A stretch of 64,000 nucleotides of DNA from Felis catus (lineage: Eukaryota), in assembly GCF_018350175.1 (NCBI RefSeq), contig NC_058368.1:48114001-48178000 (forward strand), given 5' to 3'. The notes beneath the pieces are model-generated. The model made no database searches and was not told where the DNA came from. It saw only the letters and a program-made list of their open reading frames with translations. The position numbers and the translations under genes are program-made. Every line of letters starts with the position of its first letter. The stretch's first letter is position 1. Positions 53,661 through 64,000 of the stretch are shown one piece after another.

Positions 53661-55744
53661 AGGTTCCAGCTTGTGAATTATGACTGAATTTAAATAAAAG
53701 GGTGAGAAAAGATAGTTTTCTGGGCCAGTCACCACTTTGTGTCAGAATGGCTCATTTAGTTGATATTTCACCAACTTAAATTGACATGCTTGCTCAAAAG
53801 CTGTTTAAAGTATGCTCACTACTAATAAAAAAAGGGAAAGGATGTTATTTACACAAATTGCCCAGGGATATTTTGAAAACAATAAGCAAACTGCTCAAAG
53901 CTTGCCATGGAAAAGAGCTCAGCTGTTACCACCACATTACCACCGTATCAGTAGTCAGTCGGGTACTATCCCAGGAAGAGAGAGTGGAAAATGGAAACTC
54001 TGCCCAAAGTTCCCCGCCCATGGAGAGCAGGGAAGAAACCATGACTGCCCCTGGAGTCCAGCAAAACCTGCCCTGCGTGGGCGGACAAGGCTTTAAACAA
54101 CTTGGAAAGGCTCTTCAAAGAACAATTAAAAACAACCTCCCGTGGTGGGAGGTGAATCTGGCTGGGAAACTCCTGCTTTCTTTCCCCAGGGTAGAATTCC
54201 CAGGCTTCTGGATCCTGGTGGAGCGCCCTTGGCAGTGGACAGAGAAGTATGTTCCCTTTTCACTTTCCTGGGGCTTAGAGTGGTGGTTTTGAGTACATGG
54301 GGTGAAGAACATCTGGCTCTCCTGAAGCTGAAAGAGATTTGCAGTCAGCAGGTGGGGGCTGGAGGTTTACGAAAATAGTGAGGTGAAGTTCATTTTGTGG
54401 ACAAGTCTTGGCCATGGGTGTTATTTATTTCAAATTTTATACTGCTGAGCTCCTGTGGCCTTATTACAGATCAGTTCATAAACAAACACATGCTAAGTTG
54501 TGTCCTGGGGATAAATGATAAGTTTATGTGACTTTGGGGTTGCATGTTAGAGGTAAGAGGGGAGCCACAGCTAAGGAGTAATAAATTGAAATTCCAGGCT
54601 ACACCCCTATTTGGGTAAAAGACTGCAGACAAGTCCATGAACTACACACAAGTTTGAGACACTGAGTTAATGTCTTCAACATTTCCAAAAAGAATTACTG
54701 TGGAGTGAAGGCAATAAGTAATTCCAGAGTATCCAGCTTTCCTTAAGAGTATGTGAAAGAAAGGATAAAATAAATACTTTGGAGACCTGACATGTTCTAT
54801 GAAATAACTTTAATATGTATTTAATATGTACTTCATTTAATATGTATTTCTATTAGTAGCGATCCAAAATCATCATTTATTCAATTATCTCACAAGTATC
54901 TATTGAGTGTCTGCTATGTGCCAGAGTATATAAGAGCCAAGACTCTAATTTATGGTCAATATTTTTTGATGACTTGAGAGTTTCTCCTTTATAAGAAAGC
55001 TTTGCCTTTTTGATGTAATGAGCATCAAGAGACATCCTTCCCAACTCAAAATAGATCCCTGAATAGCAATTCTGTGTGCACACACTTATCTTTGTGTGTT
55101 CAAAGTGGTGGAAACTCATTGGATGAAGGGGTGAGTGCTTGTGAGAGGGGTCTGTATGGCAGTCTTGTCTGAGCAGGGCAGTAAAAAGGAGGCTGCACAT
55201 TCTCATATTATACCTGAAACAGAAAGATGTTTTATTTCTCACTGGAGGTCAATCTCAATGAGATCTCGGGGAAAAAAGCCATCATCAAAGATAAAGAATC
55301 ATAGTGATTCCATGAGATCATTTACCCTCCAAGTCCAGAGTGTCTTTTTGCAATGCAAAATGTAACAGGTAGGCAGAGATATAATTGGAAGAGAAGAATA
55401 AGTGGAAAATAACGAGGGGAAAATTATATTAGAGGAGAGATTCAGGCAGAAGAAGTGAGAGATTAAAAATGATAGAGAAAAGAAAAGTAGATATCATGGA
55501 TGGCCAGAGAGCCCTCACTGACTCCACAAGCGTGACCTCGTAGTGGTTATAGCACAAGCTGAACTCCATGCCTCATCCCATCCCTTACCCGCAAGAGAGG
55601 TTCCTACCCAGGACAGAATGATCAGGAAACCTAGGTAGGAAACAATCCCAAGATTTAAGTTAGTGAAAGATCATTCTATGAAACTGACTGTAGATGAACT
55701 GCAATATTCATTGGATAACTTTTGTTGTCTGTGGAACGACTCAC

Positions 55745-55862
55745 AGCGGGAGCTGGTTTGTAACTGAATTACTGACAGGATTAGCACGCTTCTCGGTTCC
55801 CTCGATAGACTCTTCGTTATATTTTGACATGTTCAGCATTGAGAGAATAGTGAGTTTGGTAA
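55745..55862 (-). other. Candidate internal exon (118 nt; TKLTILSMLNMSKYNEESIEGTEKRANPVSNSVTNQLP)
   Basis: Pyrimidine-rich acceptor ctttctcttttattactgttttattag| and donor |GTGAGT. One open frame, locally CpG-enriched. Confidence 0.4.
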
Positions 55863-56329
55863 CTAATAAAACAGTAATAAAAGAGAAAGTTTTATTTTTA
55901 ATTTTTGTACAATTAATTTTTAGTTTTATTTATAAGAAAGAAAGTTAAGAATTTGTTAGTGTAATTTATTAGTGTTTATTCATTCCAGTCCATGGAAAGA
56001 CGCATGCTATCTAATAAAAACAATTATTCCAAGTATTACAAGGGTGAATATGGTCTTGGGACAAGGATTCCCTTTTTCTCTCTCCTTCTTTCTCTCTCTC
56101 TTTCTCTCTCTCCCCACACACACTTCTTACCTTATATGTCAACTATATTCAATTTCTTTTTCTTCTTGCCATTATGAATTCGTGGTTTTCAACATGAGTT
56201 CAGTGTTCCCTGACAATCTTTTTCCTTGCCCCTTTTAGTTCATCACAAAAGTTTATTGCTCTCACTATCTTCGTTAAGTTTATTACTCTCACTACCTCTG
56301 CTCTTGAACTACCTACCCATCCTCTCTGT

Positions 56330-57180
56330 TTAGGGACATGCTAGTTCCTTAGCTCAGCATCTGAGGCCTCAGTCTTCAGTACCCATGTTGCTGGACTTCT
56401 CTGAGGTTTTTCATACCACTCTTTCTGAAACTCTCTTATTATTTGTTTTCTAGAATACTGTAACTCTCTATTTCTCCCCTTATCTTTCTGACTTTTCCAT
56501 TTCCTGTAGTGGATATTCCCCTCCTGTTCCCTTCAGTGTTATTGTTTGCTAGAGCTCTATCCTGTGCTCTGTTCCCTCAGCACACTCTCACTGGGAAACT
56601 CATCCTTTCCCCATTTAACCTACTTCTGTGCTCAGCACTCTCAAATACTAATCTCCAGGCTGGGTTTCTTCTCCATCACTGCATGCTGAGGTAAGTAAAG
56701 CTCAACATATCTCGGCTTTATTTCCTCCCTAAGATGCCTCAACTATCTTTCTTGGCTTGGTGAGTAATCTATCCATCTGCCAAGTAATCCAAGGTTGAAC
56801 TTGGGTTTCTTAGACCCATCTCTTCCTTCCATCTCTCACATTCAAAACTTCACCTTCTTCACATTTCCCAAATTTCTCTATACCACCCCATCATCACATC
56901 TATGCCTCAGTTCAGATCCTTATCTCTTTTTTTCTTGGAGAATTTTAATATTTTCAACTGTTTTTTTTCCTGCCTCTATTCTTTCATGCCACTAATTGAT
57001 TATCCACACTTCAGCCAGAGTGATTGTTTTAAAAGTCAAATCTAATGAAATTACTTCTCTAACTTATAACCCATTATTGGCTTCTCATTGCTTAATGGCT
57101 CTCAAATGCTCTTAGTGCAATGTACAAGGCCTGATACAGCCCACCCTCTAGCCTGACCTCCAGCTTCTCTTCTTCCCACT
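56330..57180 (+). mobile_element. L2 fragment
   Basis: ttctgaaactctc, tatccacacttcagccagagtgattgttttaaaagtcaaatct. Confidence 0.75.
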
Positions 57181-58125
57181 GAACAGGCTATGGTCCAGCT
57201 GTAGCCCAGCAAAAAAAGCCGTGAACTGAACAGCTGGAGCGGAAGACCCTATGGGGTTTTGTCATGTCCGAAAAGATGGTCTTAAATGGATAAGAATAAT
57301 TAGGCTTAATATTTCCTTTGCCTCCCTCAGCATACACTCTAATTTATAGGTTTTGTTGGATTATGTCATTATTGGATGTTCTTTTCATAGCCTTCAATCT
57401 TATCAATATTGGCTGTTGAGGGCCCATGTGATGATCTCACACCATATCTGATATTTGCTCCCACTGAATAAAGAAGGTTTCTTTGTTTTAACAAAAAATA
57501 GAGACATTTAACATCACATTTACAGGATCTGAGGTTTTCTAGCAATGGCATATGTCATTAATTTCAGCCTTTGATAATCCAAGAAGTATGGAAAATTCCC
57601 ACCTCCTACTCTTTTGTAGGATTTGCAACTCTGCCAAGTTTTGTAGCTCATCGGGATATTTACAAGCTAAATGGTGAGCTGTGGAAAAAAGAAATCTTTA
57701 CATCTTTAGTTAGAAGCTTTATAAAGAGCACTCAAATAAGGCAGTGTGGTAAGGGAGGCAAAACACTGGATTCCATTTCCAGCTTTTCCCGGAACAAGGG
57801 GTGTGATCACAGATGAATTCCTAAACATTTCTAGGACTCAGTTTCCTCATTTATTAAACCAGAGTCTTGAGTGACCTCTAAAATTACTTCCAGCACTAAA
57901 AGAAAACAAAACAAAACAAACAAAAACTTTGATAATTTTCTTTTAAATTCCTGCTCAAGACTGTAGATGGTTTCCTTGATGTGGAGAAGAAATATAAATA
58001 GACTTTTGTATTTTTCAAAACCAAGTGGTCCTTCTTTGGGGTCTTCTGCCTTTTATTGCCTACAAATCAAGTTATGTCCATTTTTAAGTAGTTACTGAAA
58101 AGTTGAGGGCATTTTTTTCCCTTAC

Positions 58126-58165
58126 CAACTGAGCCTAGAGATACACTGACAACGTGATGTACGGC
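58126..58165 (-). other. Candidate mini-exon copy B (40 nt; AVHHVVSVSLGSV)
   Basis: ttctccttag| acceptor and TTG|GTAAGG donor; paralogous to 60721-60772. Confidence 0.45.
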
Positions 58166-58737
58166 CTAAGGAGAATTTCTTCTGTTCATTTAAAAAGGAA
58201 AATCAGCTTTTCATCTGGGTGAAAGATATCCTAGAGCTTTTGCTACTTTGAAGTTAGCGTGGAAAGATGAATGTTTAAAAAGCTGAGCAGTTATGGTCAA
58301 GTATGGATGGATCCAGTAAAAAAAATAAATAAAAAACAAAACAAAACAAAAAAACCAGTACAAAACTGTGAGCAGTTAGTGGCTGGCCCTGATGAGTGAG
58401 GGCTCAGGATCAGCGTGGGAAGTGAAAGGGCACAGGGGATACATAGAAGGTGGCCTAACAGAGCGATTTTTCTACAGAGGGACTTGCCATCTTGTTTAAC
58501 ATCCTTAGCTCTTGAACGTTTCCCTGGAAGAATACAGGACTTTTCCCTTTCCTTTCAGGACTAGAACAGATGTATAATGCTTGGACCAAAACCAAACAGA
58601 AACCACAGCCAGCATTTCAGCCTCCTCCAAGTTGGAAATCATGACATGCCATGCTCTGAGTGACTATGTTTTCTGTCACCCGGAAACACAATTACAACAC
58701 AATTAAATTATAAGTAGTTAATAAAAATACATATATG

Positions 58738-58960
58738 AGGGGTACCTCAGTGACTCAGTCAGTTAAGTGCCTGACTCTTGGTTTTGGTGCAGGTCATGAT
58801 CTCATGGTTCATGGAATCGAGCCCCACATTGGGCTCTGTGCTGATGGTGTGAGCCTGCTTGGGATTTTCCCTCTCTCTCTCTGCTCCTTCCCTGCTCATG
58901 ATCTCACTCCTTCTCTCTCTCTCTCCAAATAAATAAACATTAATATATATATATATGAAA
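58738..58960 (+). mobile_element. Can-SINE
   Basis: ggggtacctcagtgactcagtcag head, CT tract and tail. Confidence 0.9.
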
Positions 58961-60078
58961 AAAATCCCATACATTTGGAAATGAATGCATATAACATAAA
59001 TATAGGGAATTATAACGTCAATTAGAAAATACTTAGAAGAGAAACATTTTAAAAATTATATGTTAAAATTTGTCATAAGAAACCAAAGCAGTAATGAAAG
59101 AAAATTTTAGTTAAGTATATATTAGAATGCAAATTAATGAGTCAAATGGCCAACCCAAGAAGTTGGAAAAAATCCAAATGAGTAAACTCAAGAAAAAAGG
59201 AATATAAAACACAAGAGAACAAAAAAAATTACCTAAAATATATTTAGCACCTTAGAGAAAAACAACCCAATCAATAGCTTATTCTTTGAAACACAAATAA
59301 AAGAAACAAATTTTTGATGAGAATTTTCAAGAATAAAAAAAGAAATAATAATGTTGAAAGTAAAAAAAGGCAGGCATATCTGCAGATACAGCCTATGTAG
59401 AAGTTAATTTAAAAATGCTATCAAGAATTTTGTGTTACTAACCTACATATGTTAATAAATGGACAATTTCCTGGAAAACAAATAACTTACCAAAACCGAT
59501 TCAAGAAAAAATAATACATCTAAATAGTATACCCCTCAACACACACACACACCAAATACTACCCAGATCATTTTACAAGTTCTACCAAACAGTCCTGAAT
59601 CAGATCATGTCTGTCACATCAGACTGTTCCGGGAGCGCTAACAGAGAGTAGGTCCCTCTATTCTTTATATGGGCTCATGTAGAACTTGACCATTTAGCAA
59701 GTGAAGAGTAATACAAGAAAAAATATATACATTGATCTCTTTTGTCTTCATAAATGTAAACTTTCTTTTAAATAGAGTAAGCCAAAATCTGGCAACGCAT
59801 GTAATTGAACACATTTCACCACCTTAACAGATCAAAAAAACACTAAAAGTTATATGATTATCTTATAAGATACAGGAAAAAAAGGATAAATTTTAGCAAC
59901 TTTTGATTTGGTAAATACTCTCAGCAAACTAGGAATAAGAGGGGCTCCCTCTTCTCACAAAGAGTGTCCTTCAAAAAAAGACTATAACAAATGTACAATT
60001 TAGGGAAAATTTAAAACACTCCTTTAAAATATGACAATATGGAACAAGAAAATGATGCCCATTTTAAACTGGAGGTCA

Positions 60079-60324
60079 GGGGCGCCTGGGTGGCGCAGTC
60101 GGTTAAGCGTCCGACTTCAGCCAGGTCACGATCTCGCGGTCCGGGAGTTCGAGCCCCGCGTCAGGCTCTGGGCTGATGGCTCAGAGCCTGGAGCCTGTTT
60201 CCGATTCTGTGTCTCCCTCTCTCTCTGCCCCTTCCCCGTTCATGCTCTGTCTCTCTCTGTCCCAAAAATAAATAAACGTTGAAAAAAAAATTAAAAAAAA
60301 AAATAATAAAATAAAATAAATAAA
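60079..60324 (+). mobile_element. Young felid Can-SINE
   Basis: Perfect TSD taaactggaggtca at 60065-60078 and 60325-60338. Confidence 0.97.
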
Positions 60325-60720
60325 TAAACTGGAGGTCATCCAGGACAATAAAGAGAGAGAGAAGAGATTAAAAAGAACAAAATATCTAGGAATAAATCTA
60401 AGTATCATAACAGTGATACTTTTTAGAAAGAATTATAAAATTACTAAAAGATATTAAAGAAGCTCTAACTACACAGAGAGATATACTGTGTTCAGAAGGA
60501 AGAAGAATCAATATTAAAAATGATGTCAATTCTCTCATAAGGCAATCATAGCATTATGCAAAGCATGGCCACTCTCTGATTTATTGCCTTAGAAACAACC
60601 AGTGCCAAACATTTACTTTGTTCTTTTTTTATATTTAAAATAGTATTAACAAAAGCCACATTAAAGTGTGTCCACTTCTAAGTAGGTACTGAAAAATTGA
60701 GGGCACTTCTTTCCCCTCAC

Positions 60721-60772
60721 CAGCTGACCTTGCTGGTAACATTTCACAAATACTGACAGTGTGATGTACAGC
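60721..60772 (-). other. Candidate mini-exon copy A (52 nt; AVHHTVSICEMLPARSA)
   Basis: ttgtctttag| acceptor and CTG|GTGAGG donor; paralogous to 58126-58165. Confidence 0.45.
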
Positions 60773-63700
60773 CTAAAGACAATATACAACACTCTTTGGG
60801 CAAAATTTCCTTCGGGTGGTTTTTATTAGTCAGGGAAGAGTCTTGGTGGCCAATAGGATTATAAAATTCCCATCGCTGCTGCTGACTCTCCTACTCTGAT
60901 TTGCTGCATACTTGCTTCACCCCTGCTCTCAAAGTAAGGGAGGGACTCATTTTATTTTGCCATGTTGGGTAGTCACAGAAGCTGAAGATGATCCACTTCT
61001 CTGTGTGGACCTGGTTTTCTACCTGGTGAGGAGCAGAGGAGCTTCTGGTCAGGAATGGTCTATGTCAGCCTGCATTAGCATCAAGAACCCCATCGCATTC
61101 ATTTAGCCTCCCAAATAAAGCCATCGGTCAAGGCTAAGATGGCAGCAGGGCTTCGGCATAGCTGGTGCGATCGAGGTTTTCTGCTTGGCTCACAGACACA
61201 ACTGAGAGTCTTTTCTTGCTCAGGATTGGGACTCGACCCCTATTAATAGGTCCCTGACTACTGTTGCCCATGGACTGTGGCAGCGACAGACATTTGATAC
61301 TAGGATTGAACACTGAGGGAGAGTGTTAAGAACATTTCCCTGTCTTTCCCCTTAAACCCTCTTTCTTCTTCAGTTAAACATCTTTCCTTTCTCTTTTTCC
61401 TCTACCTACCCCTCCTTTCTCTCTCGTTCTCATTTGTACATTTTTCCTGTCATTTTCACACTATTTCATTATTCTCTTTCTTTCCTGTATGTCTCTCTCC
61501 TTCTTATCCCCCTTTTCTCTTTTTCTATCCTCTGCTACCTCTCCCTATCTTATTTTCTTCAATGTCTGGGTGTGTCCTCATAACTCCACTAATTTCTCCA
61601 TATTCTCTTCTTCCTCTACCCTAGTCCCTCACCCCTTTAGCATTCTTCTGAAATGTTTCTACTCTTCATCTCACGGCAACATATAGGCCACCATTCCAAT
61701 AAGAACAAGCAAGGCTCCCAACAAAACAGATGAACATTAATAAAACAAAAACATCATCCAGATGAGGGTCTGTGCTCCATGAAGTTCCCAGCCTCCTCCT
61801 CTTTTGGCAAATGTATTTATTTTCTTTTTTGTGTAGGCAGATAATGTTTCAGATAATACTCCAGAGATTCATTATCATGAATTTGCCCAATGCAGTTTTT
61901 ACAGCTATGTTTTTTATTATTTTATAGTTAAATATTGGCTTAGCTAGGAAACCAGAAACTCTCACCAGAGCTCTATACCTCAGTTACCAACAAGACTATT
62001 TCACGAACATTTAGATACTCGTGTGTGCTTATGAAAATTGTAATTATTTATGTGTGACTCAAGAAATTAAAGGCCAATGATTAGCCTGTATTTCAAAGGG
62101 AAAAAATTTTCTGGCTGATCAGTTTGGGGAATCATTCATCTTTGAATCCTCAGTACCTAACACAGTTATTGGTGTCTAGGAGAATCTCAGAAAGTGCTTA
62201 TGGAAACAAATATTGGTTTCCATCCAATGTATCCTCCTGGGGTCCCTAAGTACATAACTGAAAGGGTCTCAAATGACTGCATATTTCCACTTTTGCAACA
62301 AATAACAAAATTTGCACATAAAAGATTAGCATGACTGAATTATTTCTTGGCATTTGAATAGCCATTTACAATTGCAAGCCACTTGGTAGTTTTCACAACT
62401 GGCTATTCATCATAAAAACTGTATGGAAAAAGAATTTTTACAAATGTACTGATGGAAAATCCAAGGGGGGAAAAAGCATATAGATCCTCACAAGGGACAA
62501 TTTTCTGCCTAGTTTAAGAAAATACTCAAAACCTAAAGGAAAATGATCTGTTATGACATTCTACAAACGTAGCTTCTCTAAGAAAGAACATGCAGAAATG
62601 GTATGAACAGGAAAATAAATAATGAAGAAACCCCGAATGACCGAAAAATGTCTCTGGATTTTCCCAGTTCACTTGACTCTCCACATTTCTCCCAGTTCCC
62701 CTGTAGACAACTAAAAAGGCACAGACTTAACAGCAAAGCCCAGTGCTGGATTACCCGGTTGACGTTGTTAGCACATGTTCGGAACAATAGCAAAGCACAA
62801 GTACAAAAACTATGTTGGAAAGAATATTTCAAAAAGAACTTCAAAATAGACACCCAAGAATCAGAATTTTGGGCTATTATCTTTCTGTTATATTATAGTT
62901 TAGGGATTAAAATCATTCTGAATTATATATAGCCGGGGGTAGTGGAGCTGCAGCACGGTATAGTATAAAACCTCTAAAAAGCCAACCTGGCCAGGACCCA
63001 GCTAAAAAGCCTGGCCATTGATTCCCTTCTAGAGTGTTTACTCAATATTTTGTGTTCGGGGCTGATAACCATACACATGAGCAAAAATGGATAGGCCACA
63101 TAGCCATAAAAAGAATAATCAAAATTGCCCCCCAATACTAATTGGATCCATATTGAACATTACACACAATTGTTAGAACACCATTTAAAAGTATTAAGCA
63201 TAGAGATGGTGCAAGATGTTGGTGGATTCCCAAAAGAGTCTTGCTCACAGTTATGCCCAGGACCATTTTTCGCCCTTAGCTCTGTCCTCTGCACCCTGTT
63301 ATCATGGGGCTGAGACTGGAGATTTGTAGGCCAGGGCTGATCCTGGGTTTCTCACTGGACCAGGATGGTCAGGAGGAGGAGGGAGAGCAGTGCAGAGTCA
63401 CAAGGAACAAAGGGCTTAGACTCTTGGTTCTTTAACTTCTTACCTGCATCATCCTGGGCGAGTTTCTTAAAGTCCCTGACTATACAGAGACAATAACCCC
63501 AAGCTCATAGAATACGGGGAAGATCAAAGAGAGACCTAGAAAATATGTGAACGCTGACCTCATACAGTAAGCGGGTATTCAAAAAATGATGGTTGCTGTC
63601 ACACAGCTTCTTCTATGATTATATGGTACCTAGACAAGAAAACACTCATTTATTCCACCAATATTTATTGTGCACATACTAACAGATAAGCACTGAAGTG

Positions 63701-64000
63701 CTGAATTGGGCTGTAGACTCTTCCTCACGTGGGGGAAAAGGTACTAATTACCTTTCCCTACAACCTTATGGAAACTGGAATTGAGGAAAACACATGGAAT
63801 GTCATAGAAAATTGCTCTCAGCTGCTTTACAGGGTGAGCCAGATATTCCTGTTTCTACAACACGATTATCAAAAATCACAGCATCTGTAAAGTTGATGAA
63901 CCCAACACCAGGCAGAGTTAAAATAGGTATTTTTGTTTTGTGCAGTTTTCTTATTTTCATTGGTGCCTTGACTCTGGTCATTTAGATGCTAAAGAGTCAT

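Larger units (their letters stand above)
58660..60540 (+). mobile_element. Old L1 ORF2 remnant interrupted by two SINEs
   Basis: A-rich L1 motifs aaatggacaatttcctggaaaa, ctctcagcaaactaggaata and aaatatctaggaataaatcta. Confidence 0.8.

Noticed and set aside
53786..54378. Longest ORF (168 aa) and the ORFs overlapping it
   Set aside because: No recognisable domain or exon structure; several overlapping frames are open, which fits chance.
58140..58165. TGATG/CTGA motifs in the duplicated unit suggesting a C/D snoRNA
   Set aside because: Box order is wrong (CTGA precedes TGATG), box C is imperfect and there is no terminal stem; a minus-strand exon explains it better.
1..64000. CRISPR array, operon, rRNA/tRNA gene or intact endogenous virus
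   Set aside because: The DNA is eukaryotic and repeat-rich. tRNA-like A/B boxes occur only in SINE heads, and I recognised no repeat-spacer array or viral ORF.

Overview
This is a 64-kb, AT-rich mammalian genomic window from a carnivore, almost certainly a felid. Several tRNA-derived Can-SINEs carry the cat-type 'ggggcgcctgggtggcgcagtcggttaagcgtccgacttcagccaggtcacgatctcgcggtcc' head. The window is repeat-dominated intronic or intergenic DNA: about 25 Can-SINEs (many with visible TSDs), nested L1 fragments, L2/MIR/CR1 remnants, hAT elements (MER5/MER58/MER91/MER96B/Zaphod-like), a TIR-bounded Tigger-like element with TA duplication, LTR-like remnants and microsatellites. I recognise no known protein-coding gene, and the supplied ORFs look spurious or repeat-derived. 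The most interesting non-repeat signal is a diverged local duplication (58.1 kb and 60.7 kb). Both copies keep AG...GT boundaries on the minus strand, giving 40-nt and 52-nt mini-exons that both start AVHH. They join in frame to further candidate exons at 55.8 kb and 51.4 kb, which suggests an unidentified spliced minus-strand gene, possibly with mutually exclusive exons. A second cluster of minus-strand donors and promoter-like motifs lies at 22-25 kb. Repeat family names come from my recall of consensus sequences, not from a database search, and boundaries of old elements are approximate.
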